Positions 30,697-40,700 of a DNA stretch of 64,000 nt are shown in pieces; the first letter of the stretch is position 1, and each line of letters opens with the position of its first letter. Location: contig CATJOY010000029.1 of the NCBI GenBank assembly GCA_949741925.1, positions 4,185 to 68,184 of the forward strand, in the 5' to 3' direction. Position numbers and translations under genes: made by a program. The notes under the pieces were generated by a model, which made no database searches, was not told the DNA's origin, and saw only the letters and a list, made by a program, of their open reading frames with translations. Source of the stretch: an uncultured Desulfovibrionaceae bacterium (GTDB taxonomy: Bacteria > Desulfobacterota > Desulfovibrionia > Desulfovibrionales > Desulfovibrionaceae).

Positions 30697-31173
30697 GTGA
30701 GCAAAAAACGTATTTTGGTGGATCTTTCCGCCACCTTGTTGCACCACGGTCACATCCGTCTGCTGCAAAAAGCTGCTGAACTTGGCTCCGTGGTTGTCGG
30801 GTTGACCACCGATGATGAGGTGTTGGGCAAAAAGGGCTACACGCCGGAGCTGCCTTTTGCGGCCCGCAAGGAAATCCTGGAGAGCATCCGCTACGTGGAT
30901 GAAGTCCTACCCAGCCCCTGGCTCATCGACGATGCGTATCTGGAACGGCACAACATTGATCTTTTGGTGCACGGCGACGATAATTCCAACCATGTGGCCA
31001 GGGAAAAACTGGTTATCTTCCCCCGGACCGAAGGCATCAGCAGCTCCGAAATGCGCGAGCGCGTCCTTGATACCATCATTGCCCTTAACCTGGGCAACAA
31101 CCCCGGCTTGACCTCGGAAAAGTTGGCGGATCTTTTGATCCGTACCATAAAAAAGGAATTCCGGCTCGATTGA
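30697..31173 (+). CDS. tagD: glycerol-3-phosphate cytidylyltransferase-like enzyme (TagD family)
   Basis: LLHHGHIRLLQKAAELG (HxGH), IRYVDEVLP, HNIDLLVHGDD and FPRTEGISSSEMRERV are collinear with B. subtilis TagD. GTG start. Substrate is not provable from sequence. Confidence 0.75.
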   Translation: MSKKRILVDLSATLLHHGHIRLLQKAAELGSVVVGLTTDDEVLGKKGYTPELPFAARKEILESIRYVDEVLPSPWLIDDAYLERHNIDLLVHGDDNSNHVAREKLVIFPRTEGISSSEMRERVLDTIIALNLGNNPGLTSEKLADLLIRTIKKEFRLD

Positions 31174-31344
31174 GCGGTTTAGCAATTTTCCGAAGCTTGG
31201 CGGTGATTTGCCCTCGACCTTCACGCCGGGAGAACCCAACCCGTCCGTTCGTAAGGGCGAGGGCATTCGATAGGGCGGCTCTCGGGCCTACAACCTTCTC
31301 TCCGGTAACGAGGCAATGCCCTAAGGGCTTTGTTCTTTTTCTTG

Positions 31345-33843
31345 CTACAGCATGTTTACCGGGTCCGGGTCCAGAGCGATGCGCATTCGGGAATGCCCTG
31401 CCGCCCGTGCGGCCGTGAGGTAGAGTTCCCGGATATGCAGCCAGCTTGCGCTTTTGATCAGGCAGTGAAAGCGCTTGTACCCGCGCAGCATGGCCAGCGG
31501 AGCCGGAGCCGGGCCGAGAACTGTGGCCGTGATGCGCCTGCCGTGTTCCCGGAGGGCTGCTGTTATGGCTTCAAGCCGGGCCATGCCCCCGGTCCAGTCA
31601 GCCGGGAAACTCAGGCGGATGAGGCCCAGGCGGACAAACGGCGGGTAGAGCCGTTTTTCACGTAAGGCAATCTCGTGCTCAAAAAAGCCGACATAATCGT
31701 TGGCCCGCACGTATTCCCAGCAGTAGTGGTCGGGATCGCGGGTTTGGATGATGACCTGCCCCGGCTTCTCTCCTCTGCCCGAACGCCCTGCCGCCTGGAG
31801 GATAAGCTGGAAGCTTTTCTCGGCGGCGCGGTAATCGGGGAGATTGAGACCCAGATCAGCATCCGCCGCCACAACCAGGGTGACGTTGGGGAAATGGTGT
31901 CCTTTGGAGAGCATCTGGGTGCCCACCAGAACAGCAGCGTCACCCCGGGCAAAAGAGGCCAGGATTTCTTCCATCCGCCCGGGCCTGCGGGTGCTATCCC
32001 GGTCCAGCCTGAGGATGCCGCTGTTTGGAGGGAGGTGCGGCAACAGCGTTTCTTCAAGTTTTTCCGTGCCTTCCCCCATGGGGAGATAATGAAGGCTGCC
32101 GCAGGAAGGGCAGGGGCAGGGGAAAGAAAGGCTGAAGCCGCAATAGTGGCAGAGCATTTTTTCCCGGCCCTTGTGGTAGGTCAGGCTGATGTCGCAGTGA
32201 GGGCAGCGCAGGGTTTCCCGGCAGTTGAGGCAGTACATGAAGGGAGCGTAACCCCTGCGGTTGAGCAGAATGATAGCTTGGTTCCCTTGACGCGCGCACT
32301 CCCCGAGTGCTTCCAGGCTTTCTCGGGCCAGGATGCTGCCGGAAACATCCGCGCCGGAAGGGCCTAGCGCGCCTGGGCGCACGAAGCGCAGTTCGGGCAG
32401 GGAGACTTCACCAACCCGGCGGGGCAGCTCGTGCAGGGTAATGCGTCCCTGGCGGGCTGCGTAGTAGCTTTTCACATCCGGCGTGGCTGAGCCGAGCAGC
32501 AACAGGGCCTCATGCTGTCCGGCCTTGTACCAGGCCAATTCCTTGGCCTGGTAAGTGAGGCCTTCATCCTGTTTGAAGGAGGAATCGTGTTCCTCATCCA
32601 GGATGATCAGGCCAATGTTTTGTAACGGCAAAAACAGGGCCGAGCGGGTGCCTATGACCAGCACCGGGCGATTGCGCGTCGCGGCATCCCGGAAAATGGC
32701 CTCCCGTTCTCTAAGGCCCAGGTACCCATGGTAGAGCACAGTATCCACTCCGGCCAACTGTGCCGCGGCATCCTGTTGCAGTTTTAGGGCCAGGGCCACC
32801 TCGGGCGCGAGGAGCAGCACATTTTTTCCTCCGGCCAGACAACGGGCCGCCAGGGCCATATATAGAGCTGTCTTGCCGCTGCCGGTGATGCCGTGGAGCA
32901 GGTGGATTCCGGCCCTTGGGGCCGCGCCGCGGGCCTGCCGGAGCGCTTGGCCGGGGGAGGGGGCATTTTCATGGTGCAGGTCGCGGCTCAGGGCCTCTAC
33001 GATGGCTGTTTGGGCGGGATTGAGGCTGAATTTTGCATTCCAGCGGGGCTGGCCGAGGCTTTTTTCCGGGGGAGGGGGGAGGGAAACGGCAGCTCTCTCC
33101 ACACGGAGAAGTTTTCTTGCGGTCAACAGAGTCAGCGTGGCCGAGCTGCTCGGGCCGAGGGCTTCAAACAAGCGCCGTTTGCTCAGGCTCCCTTTGGCCA
33201 GCAGGTACTCGAGCATTTGCATCTGGCGTGTCGCCCGAGGACGGACCGGCCAAGGAGGATCTTGAGCCAAGGAAACAATATCCGTATCAAGGGGGCTGTC
33301 TCCTGCGGCGCTCCAATCGCCCCGGCCTGCCGCCCAGGCCGCTCCCAGGCGTTCGAGTTCTTTGGCCGCGGGCCAGACCAGGGGCATTTCAGAGTGTTTC
33401 TCTGCTGTAATGTTCTGCGGCACTTCAAGACGCCCGGCCAAGGCCGCTACCTCTTGCAGAGCCAATTCCCGGGGAAGGGCATCGCCAAAAAAGCGCAACT
33501 TTCCCTTGATCAAGCGCAAGGGCGCGGGAAGAACCGTGCCCAGGATGCGCCCGGGCGGCAGGCAGTGCCTGAGCCCGGTGTTCCGGGCCAGTTCAAGGTA
33601 CCCCGCATCGAGCAGCGGCTGATGTTCCAGAGGCCAAAGGGCGAATTTCAAGCCCTGTGGCCTGTCTTCCCGCGCAGGCTCAATGCCCAAGACCACGGCC
33701 GCGCGGCAGCTTTTGCCCAAGGGCACGGCAACACGCATCCCCGGGCACCAGGCGGAGAGGGGCAACCAGGGGGGGAGGGCATAGGTCAGGGTAGTGTACG
33801 GAGGGCTGAGGAGAGCCGCTTCGAGGAGCAAGTGGAGGTCCAT
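31345..33843 (-). CDS. priA: primosomal replication-restart helicase PriA (832 aa)
   Basis: HGITGSGKT, ILDEEHD, Cys-rich zinc module CLNCRETLRCPHCDISLTYHKGREKMLCHYCG...CPSCGS, and VLVGTQMLSKGHHFPNVTLV. Confidence 0.95.
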   Translation of the reverse strand: MDLHLLLEAALLSPPYTTLTYALPPWLPLSAWCPGMRVAVPLGKSCRAAVVLGIEPAREDRPQGLKFALWPLEHQPLLDAGYLELARNTGLRHCLPPGRILGTVLPAPLRLIKGKLRFFGDALPRELALQEVAALAGRLEVPQNITAEKHSEMPLVWPAAKELERLGAAWAAGRGDWSAAGDSPLDTDIVSLAQDPPWPVRPRATRQMQMLEYLLAKGSLSKRRLFEALGPSSSATLTLLTARKLLRVERAAVSLPPPPEKSLGQPRWNAKFSLNPAQTAIVEALSRDLHHENAPSPGQALRQARGAAPRAGIHLLHGITGSGKTALYMALAARCLAGGKNVLLLAPEVALALKLQQDAAAQLAGVDTVLYHGYLGLREREAIFRDAATRNRPVLVIGTRSALFLPLQNIGLIILDEEHDSSFKQDEGLTYQAKELAWYKAGQHEALLLLGSATPDVKSYYAARQGRITLHELPRRVGEVSLPELRFVRPGALGPSGADVSGSILARESLEALGECARQGNQAIILLNRRGYAPFMYCLNCRETLRCPHCDISLTYHKGREKMLCHYCGFSLSFPCPCPSCGSLHYLPMGEGTEKLEETLLPHLPPNSGILRLDRDSTRRPGRMEEILASFARGDAAVLVGTQMLSKGHHFPNVTLVVAADADLGLNLPDYRAAEKSFQLILQAAGRSGRGEKPGQVIIQTRDPDHYCWEYVRANDYVGFFEHEIALREKRLYPPFVRLGLIRLSFPADWTGGMARLEAITAALREHGRRITATVLGPAPAPLAMLRGYKRFHCLIKSASWLHIRELYLTAARAAGHSRMRIALDPDPVNML

Positions 33844-33909
33844 GACACAGTCAGTACAGCGGCAACGGCGGGAGAGCCCGGAAAACAGACTCCCCCGCCG
33901 GATGAAACA

Positions 33910-34779
33910 TCAGGCGTGCAGAAGCTTTTGCAGGCGGGCGCGAAGGCCTTCTCGGAGATCTTCATCCTGAAGGGCGAAATAGATGTTGGCGGTCAGGTAA
34001 TCCACCCAGTCTCCGGCGTCAAAGCGCACGCCGTTCATTTTTACCGCGATCATGCCCTTGGCTGTGCACAGTTCCTGCATAGCGTCGGTCAACTGGATTT
34101 CCCCGCCATGACCGGGTTTTCCGGCGGCCAGAAAATCGAAAAGCTCCGGGGTCAGCACATAGCGGCCGACAATAGCCAGGTTGGAAGGGGCTTTGTCGAT
34201 ATCCGGTTTTTCCACAAGCTGGCTGACCTCATAAATGCCAGGAGAGGTTTCCTTCCCGGCTACAATGCCGTAACGGTTAACTTTATCCCGCGGCACTTCC
34301 ATGACGCCCACAGTGGGCAGGCCGGTTGCCCGGGTGATATCCAGAAGCTGGGAAAGACCGGCGTTTTCGCCGAAAATGAGGTCATCGCCAACCATAATGC
34401 CAAAGGCATCATCCCCGGCAACGGCCTCCCGGGCGCAAAGTACGGCGTGGCCGAGGCCAAGCTGGCGTTTCTGGCGGATGGAGATGACGTTGACCATTTC
34501 CGCAACGGCCCGGATTTCCTCCAGGAGTTTGGTCTTGCCGCCCCGCTCAAGCACGGCTTCGAGTTGGAGGTTGTAATCGAAGTGGTCTTCGATGGCGTTT
34601 TTATCGCGGTTGGTGATAAAAACCACATCCTTAATGCCGCCGCGCATGGCTTCTTCAACCACGTACTGGACCACCGGCTTTTTGTAGATGGGCAGCATTT
34701 CCTTGGGAATGTTTTTTGATGCCGGGAGCGAACGAGTGCCCCAGCCCGCCACGGGAATTATGACTTTGCGGATGTTCAT
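33910..34779 (-). CDS. galU: UTP--glucose-1-phosphate uridylyltransferase
   Basis: Start MNIRKVIIPVAGWGTRSLPASKNIPKEMLPI follows aaggagg. VEKP motif (LVEKPDIDKAPSNLAIVGRYVL). Confidence 0.93.
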   Translation of the reverse strand: MNIRKVIIPVAGWGTRSLPASKNIPKEMLPIYKKPVVQYVVEEAMRGGIKDVVFITNRDKNAIEDHFDYNLQLEAVLERGGKTKLLEEIRAVAEMVNVISIRQKRQLGLGHAVLCAREAVAGDDAFGIMVGDDLIFGENAGLSQLLDITRATGLPTVGVMEVPRDKVNRYGIVAGKETSPGIYEVSQLVEKPDIDKAPSNLAIVGRYVLTPELFDFLAAGKPGHGGEIQLTDAMQELCTAKGMIAVKMNGVRFDAGDWVDYLTANIYFALQDEDLREGLRARLQKLLHA

Positions 34780-34920
34780 GCAGCCTCCTTTGTGCATAAG
34801 GGTGCCTTGAGGTTCCTGGATGCGCCGGGCGCTTTATCACATACCGTTATCCCTGTCTCTTCAGGGCGAAAAGTAGATTATCCATAGCAACGGAACTTCT
34901 GCCGATCCAGGGCATCCGGC

Positions 34921-36270
34921 TTACAGTGCGTTCCTGATGGCTTCGGCCAGCTCTTCGGCCACGATGCCCACCCGATCCGGGTTTTCTCCTTCGACCATAA
35001 CCCGAGCCAGGGGCTCTGTTCCGGAATAGCGCAACAGCACCCGCCCCCTGTCGCCGAGTTCCTGTTCGGCAGCAGCCACGGCGGCGGCCACGGCCGGGCA
35101 TTCCGCAAAGGGTTGCTTGCGGCTGACCGGTACGTTGATCAGTTTTTGTGGGAAAAGCTCGAGCAGGTGAGCCAGTTCCGAGAGCTTTTTGCCGGATTCG
35201 CGCATAATGCGCAGAAGTTGCAAGGCCGCCAGCAAACCATCGCCGGTGGTGTTGTGCTCCATGAAGATAAGGTGCCCTGATTGCTCGCCCCCCAGCGTCG
35301 CTCCGACCTTGCGCATGGCCTCTACGACATAGCGGTCGCCAACGTCCGTACGGATCAGTTCCCCGCCGTGTTCGCGCATAAAGATTTCCAAGGCCATATT
35401 GCTCATGACGGTACTGACCAACTTCCTTCCGGGAAGCTTATCCCGCCGCATCAGATCCAGGGCGCAGATAGCCATGATTTGATCTCCATCCAGCACCCGG
35501 CCCGTTTCGTCTACGACAATCAGGCGGTCTGCGTCGCCATCCAGGGCCAGGCCGATATCAGCCCGGGATTCAAGCACTTTGGCCGCGGCCACCTCGGGAT
35601 GGAGAGAGCCGCAGCCGTGGTTGATGTTCAGGCCATCAGGCGAGGCGCCAAGGCGCAGCACTTCCGCGCCGAGTTCCTCCAAGGCCAAGGGCGCAACCTT
35701 GTAGTTGGCTCCGTTGGCGCAATCGATGACCACGCGCAGGCCATCCAGATTGATGTGCGGGGGAATGCTGGCCTTGATGGCCACAATATACCGTCCCGGA
35801 GCATCGGTGATTCGGAAGGCGCGGCCGACCTTTTCCGGCGCCGGATAGGGCCACTCACGATCCGCATCCAGAGCCATGGCGGCAATGTCATCTTCTACGG
35901 AATCCGGCAGTTTAAAGCCCCGGTTGTCGAAAAATTTGATGCCGTTGTCATGAAAGGGGTTATGGGAAGCGGAAATAACAATGCCGCAGTCGGCCCGCAT
36001 GTTGCGGGTCAGAAAAGCGATGGCCGGGGTGGGCAGAGGGCCCACTTGAAACACGTCCATACCGGCCGCGCAGAGCCCGGCGGTAAGGGCCGCCTCGTAA
36101 ATATAGCCGGAAAGCCGGGTATCTTTGCCGATAACAACCCGGTGGCGGCGGTTGCCCTCCCGAAACTGAACTCCGGCGGCAAGCCCCAGGCGCAAAGCCG
36201 TCTCCGGCAGCATGGGATAACGGTTGACCCTGCCCCGGACGCCATCGGTGCCAAAAAGACGTTTTTTCAT
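34921..36270 (-). CDS. glmM: phosphoglucosamine mutase
   Basis: Start [13 protein letters not shown] (36270). Phosphoserine loop [15 protein letters not shown], then DGDADR and GGEQSGH. Confidence 0.95.
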   Translation of the reverse strand: MKKRLFGTDGVRGRVNRYPMLPETALRLGLAAGVQFREGNRRHRVVIGKDTRLSGYIYEAALTAGLCAAGMDVFQVGPLPTPAIAFLTRNMRADCGIVISASHNPFHDNGIKFFDNRGFKLPDSVEDDIAAMALDADREWPYPAPEKVGRAFRITDAPGRYIVAIKASIPPHINLDGLRVVIDCANGANYKVAPLALEELGAEVLRLGASPDGLNINHGCGSLHPEVAAAKVLESRADIGLALDGDADRLIVVDETGRVLDGDQIMAICALDLMRRDKLPGRKLVSTVMSNMALEIFMREHGGELIRTDVGDRYVVEAMRKVGATLGGEQSGHLIFMEHNTTGDGLLAALQLLRIMRESGKKLSELAHLLELFPQKLINVPVSRKQPFAECPAVAAAVAAAEQELGDRGRVLLRYSGTEPLARVMVEGENPDRVGIVAEELAEAIRNAL

Positions 36271-36443
36271 ACACGGTCCCCCGTTCTGGAGCGTTATACG
36301 CTGAGGGCTATCTACAACACGCGCTTTCCCCGCTTCAGGAACCATAAGCCCGGCAAGACGATGGGACAAAAGCCCCTGCCATGCGCCGGCACACAGCGCC
36401 GTCGCCGCGAGAGCCTCTTACCGCCCCGAAGACTAATACAGCC

Positions 36444-36929
36444 TCAGGCGACGCGGGCAAGCTGTTCGCGTTTCCGGGCCAGCAAGTAGACGATAATTGC
36501 GCCAAGCATTTTGCTGGCGGTCATCATCAATACCCCCGGCACGGAGAAAAGCCCCAGCATAGCCAAAAATACGGCGCTGTCCACCGGCGTGCTGAAGGCG
36601 CTGGAGAGTAGGATACGCTGGGAAAAGGGCCTGCCGGTAAAACTGTATACGCCCCAATCCAACATTTCGCCGATGAGAAAAGCGCAGATACTGGCAAAGG
36701 CCACGCCCGGATCAGCCATCAGGCCACTGATGACCCCGCCGGCCAGCATGGCTAACAACACTTTGTGGCCGATTTCTCGCTGGGCGTAATCCCGAATGAC
36801 AAAAACAAAGCCCACAATAAGACTGACCGGCGACCAACTGTCGCCGCCGGGCAAGGTCAACGGCGCAACTACGGAGAAGGCCAGATTGATAAACACAACG
36901 CTCGCTATATACAACACAGCGTATTTCAT
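36444..36929 (-). CDS. VUT-family (YhhQ/DUF165-like) membrane transporter, probable queuosine-precursor transporter (161 aa)
   Basis: Polytopic protein with FVFVIRDYAQREIG...FLIGEMLDWGVYSF...STPVDSAVF, typical of DUF165. Confidence 0.7.
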   Translation of the reverse strand: MKYAVLYIASVVFINLAFSVVAPLTLPGGDSWSPVSLIVGFVFVIRDYAQREIGHKVLLAMLAGGVISGLMADPGVAFASICAFLIGEMLDWGVYSFTGRPFSQRILLSSAFSTPVDSAVFLAMLGLFSVPGVLMMTASKMLGAIIVYLLARKREQLARVA

Positions 36930-37172
36930 AAACTCTCCCTTGTCAGTGCCCTACACCCGAAATCCACTCTAGCGCTCCCCTTGAGAGCAGTGGAGCGTTT
37001 TCAACACAATAACGCCCCGGCAGCAGGAAACCCTACCCCGCAGGCAAACTGCATTTCGTTGCCACGCGCCGGAGAAAGCTACGACGATACCCTCCAGGAC
37101 AATCTTTGCGTAAGCCTGGGCATGTGTCAAGGCGGCTTCATAGCCTCTGGAGGCAAAAAGGTAAAGTCTTAG

Positions 37173-37721
37173 ATCAGGGCGGGGCTCCGCCCCGCGCCCC
37201 GCAAGGGGATGATCCCCTTGACCCCAATAACGGAGAAGCCCTAACATCGGGAAAGATATTCCGGCCCCCTGCGCATTGCAACGTATCCAACTATTTTTTA
37301 TTTCTATTGATGGTATGTTCAGTCCCCGCCACTCCCTAAACCGGCACGCCTCCTTCAAGAACCGTTCCGCTCGCTCTCCCGAGCTCGCAGGACTTCACAT
37401 TTCCTATCCCCATAGGAAAACTGCATACCCTTCAAAATAGAAACAAGTCTTCTTCATCTGTGTTTACACGTCGTTGCAACAAAACTTTGGAGGCGGAACA
37501 ACATGAGTCCAGCGAGCTCGGGAGAGCGAGCGGAACGGTTATCGAAGGAAGACTTTTGCGCAAGAGCCGATGTATTCAGACACACCATAAATCCTGGGAG
37601 CACGTAACCGACCCTACGGTATGCAGATGATTCTCCTAGGCTCCGTAACCTCAGAAATCTCAACGATTGGGGTCAAGGGGATCATCCCCTTGCGGGGTGC
37701 GGGGCGGAGCCCCGCCCTGAT
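37173..37721. mobile_element. 549-bp MITE-like non-coding unit bounded by 53-bp terminal inverted repeats (hairpin-element copies C and D)
   Basis: 37173-37225 atcagggcggggctccgccccgcgccccgcaaggggatgatccccttgacccc is the reverse complement of 37669-37721 with 1 mismatch. The interior is visibly AT-richer and has no credible ORF. Confidence 0.4.
37361..37539. repeat. inner inverted repeat (about 35-bp arms, 28 bp perfect) nested inside the MITE-like unit
   Basis: 37361-37395 accgttccgctcgctctcccgagctcgcaggactt pairs with 37505-37539 gagtccagcgagctcgggagagcgagcggaacggt. The loop is about 109 nt. Confidence 0.85.
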
Positions 37722-37781
37722 GCCTTGGGTTGATACGAAGCCCGACCTTGGGCATCCGCCAAGGAGGCGGGGCTGCTTGTT

Positions 37782-40700
37782 CTACTTTGCTGCTGAAGGT
37801 GTTTCATCGTTCCAAGTGGTGTGCTGGAACAAACGGGAAAGTTTTTGTTGGAGAGCTTCCAGGTAAATGAAGTAGACCGGAGTAAAGTAGAGGGTCAGGA
37901 GTTGGGAGACCAGCAGGCCGCCGACGACGGCGAGCCCGAGGGGCTGGCGTGATTCGGCGCCTGCTCCGTGGCCGAGGGCGATGGGGAGGGTTCCCATGAT
38001 GGCGGCCATGGTGGTCATCATGATGGGGCGGAAGCGTACTATAGCGCCGTCAAAGATGGCTTTAGCCGGGCTGAGGCCGTGGTTGCGGCGGGCTTCAAGA
38101 GCGAAGTCGATCATCATGATGGCGTTTTTTTTGACAATGCCGATGAGCATGATGATGCCCACGAAGGCGTAGATATCCAGGTCTTTGCCGAAGAGGAGTA
38201 GTGTCAGCAGCGCGCCGAGGCCTGCCGAGGGGAGGCCTGAGAGGATGGTCAGGGGGTGAATGAAGCTTTCGTAGAGGATGCCGAGAACGATGTAGATGAC
38301 CAAGATGGCCATGACCAGAAGCAGCCAGAGGTTGGAGAAGGAATCCCGGAAGGCTTGGGCCGTGCCCATGAAACTGGTGCTGACCGAGGCGGGGAGCATG
38401 TTGTCCGCCAGGGTTTGGACTGCATCCACGGCTTGGCCGAGTGACCAACCCGGGGCAAGGTTGAAGGAAACTGTGACCGAGGGCAACTGACCGCTGTGGT
38501 TCATGGCCATGGGGCCGACGCCGGTTTCAGCCTTCACCAGGGTAGAGAGCGGAACCAGGGCATCGCCGCCGGGGCTGCGTACATAGAGCAGGGAAAGGGC
38601 TGAGAGATCCTGCTGGAAGGAGGGCTCTACAGTGAGGATAACTGGGTAATCGTTGGTGGCGGCGCGAATGGTGGTTACTTCGCGCGTGCCGTAGGCCCAG
38701 GCCAGGGCATCTTCGAGCTGTTCCGCGGTAATACCCAGGGAGGAGGCTTTATCCCGATCAATGGTGATGCGCACTTCGGGGTTGCGTACCTGGAGATCTG
38801 TAGCCACATCCTGTACCTGCGGCAGACGGCTGACGGCTTCGGTAAAGGCGGCGGCGCTGGAATAGAGAGCGTCGCTGTTCAGGCTTTGCAAGGTGAATTG
38901 ATAGAGACTGCGGCTGGAGGAACCGCCGATGCGAATGGGCGGAGGGATGACCGGGTAGGCCCGGATGCCCGGCACCTGAGCGAACTGACGGCGCAGGCGG
39001 GCGACGACTTCGGTGGCGTGGTCGCGTTGGGCGAGATCCTTGAGACGCACCATAAAGGAGCCTGCATTGCCGAAGGGCTGCGCGCCCGAGGGGCCGACGG
39101 AGGTCATGAAATGTTCAACGGCCGGGTCGGCGGCGATGATTTTGGCCAGCTTCATTTGATGTTCAACCATGTTTTCAAAGGAGCTGCCCTGGATGCCTTC
39201 GGTGTTGATGTTGATCTGGCCGGTATCTTCGGTGGGGAGGAAGCCCTTGGGGGCGATGATGAATAGCCAGGCCGTGACGCCCAAGAGGGCGAACGAGAAG
39301 ATCAGGGTGATGAAGCTGTGGCGAAGCACGAATTCCAGACTGAGGCGGTAGAGATGCAAGCCGCCGTCAAAGAGGCGCTCCATGAATCCGGAGAAACCGG
39401 CCTGCTGGTTATTATGGTGGCCGGGCCGCAAAAAGCGGGCGCTGAGCATCGGGGTCAGGGTTAGGGAGACAAAGCCCGAAATCAGGATGGAAGCGGTAAT
39501 GGTCACCGCAAATTCGTGAAAGAGCCTGCCCACGATGCCGCCCATGAAGAGGACCGGGATGAACACGGCGGCCAGGGAGATGGTCATGGAGATGATGGTA
39601 AAGCCGATTTCCTTGGAGCCGTCCAGGGCGGCCTGGAGAGGGGATTTTCCCTGTTCCATGTGCCGGACGATGTTTTCCAGCATGACAATGGCGTCATCCA
39701 CCACAAAGCCCACGGCTAAGGTTAAGGCCATGAGTGAGAGGTTGTTCATGGAGAATCCGGCCAGGTGCATAACCGCAAAGGCGCCGACTACCGAGAGGGG
39801 CAGGGCCAGACTGGGAATGACCGTTGCCGAAAGGTTGCGTAGAAAGAGGAAAATAACCAGGATGACCAGGCAGACTGTCAGCACCATGGTGAACTTTACG
39901 TCGGCCACGGATTCGCGGATGGATACGGAGCGATCATAGAAGGGCTCCATGATGATGGAACCGGGGATCTGCTCGCGCAATGAGGGCAATACTTCCTTAA
40001 CAGCGTCCACCACGGCCACGGTATTGGTGCCAGGCTGGCGCTGCACAGCCAGGGTGACGCCGGGCCGGCCGTCGAACCAGCTCATGCGTCGGGTATTTTC
40101 CACACTATCGATAACCTTGGCGATTTCCTGCAACCGCACCGGCGCGCCGTTGCGCCAGGCCACGATGAGCGGCCGGTAATCCGCGGCGTTCATCAGTTTG
40201 CCTGAGCTTTGCAAGGTATATTCCATGTACGGGCCTTCCATGGTGCCCACAGGAAGGTTGACGTTGCCGGAGCGCAAGGCTTTGCCGACATCATCTATGC
40301 CTATGCCGCGCGCGGCCATGGCCTGAGGATCAACCTGCACGCGCACGGCGTATTTCCGGGAACCGTAGACCATAACTTGGGCCACGCCGTTCACCATGGA
40401 AAGGCGCTGGGCAATGAAGTTTTCGGCGTATTCGTTAACGTCGGAAAGGCGTAGGGTGGGGGAGGAAACGGAAATGAAGTAGACGGGGAAATCCGCCGGA
40501 TTAACCTTGCGGAAGCTGGGGGGCGAGGTCATATCGCTGGGCAGGCGGCGTTGGACCCTGGAAAGGGCGGATTGCACATCCTGGGCGGCGGAGTCGATAT
40601 CCCGGCTGAGGTCGAACTGCAAGGTGATTCGGGTGGTGCCTAAGCTGTTGGAAGAGGTCATGGAATCCAGACCGGCGATGGTCGAGAATTCTTTTTCCAA

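Noticed and set aside
32893-34719. 608-aa ORF on the plus strand
   Set aside because: It spans the priA 5' region, the intergenic gap and galU on the opposite strand. Both real genes have strong motifs, and this frame has none.
36969-37358. 129-aa minus-strand ORF crossing the left end of the MITE-like unit
   Set aside because: It reads through hairpin-element copy C and the VUT upstream region. It has no RBS and no recognisable family. Part of it looks protein-like (GYEAALTHAQAYAKIVLEGIVV), but that is too short to call.
37226-37668. Decayed REP-associated tyrosine transposase (RAYT) gene between the inverted hairpin elements
   Set aside because: The size and flanking inverted REP-like sites fit. 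However, six-frame reading gives only tiny chance matches (WEH and INP in different, overlapping frames). There is no HUH motif and no catalytic Tyr context.
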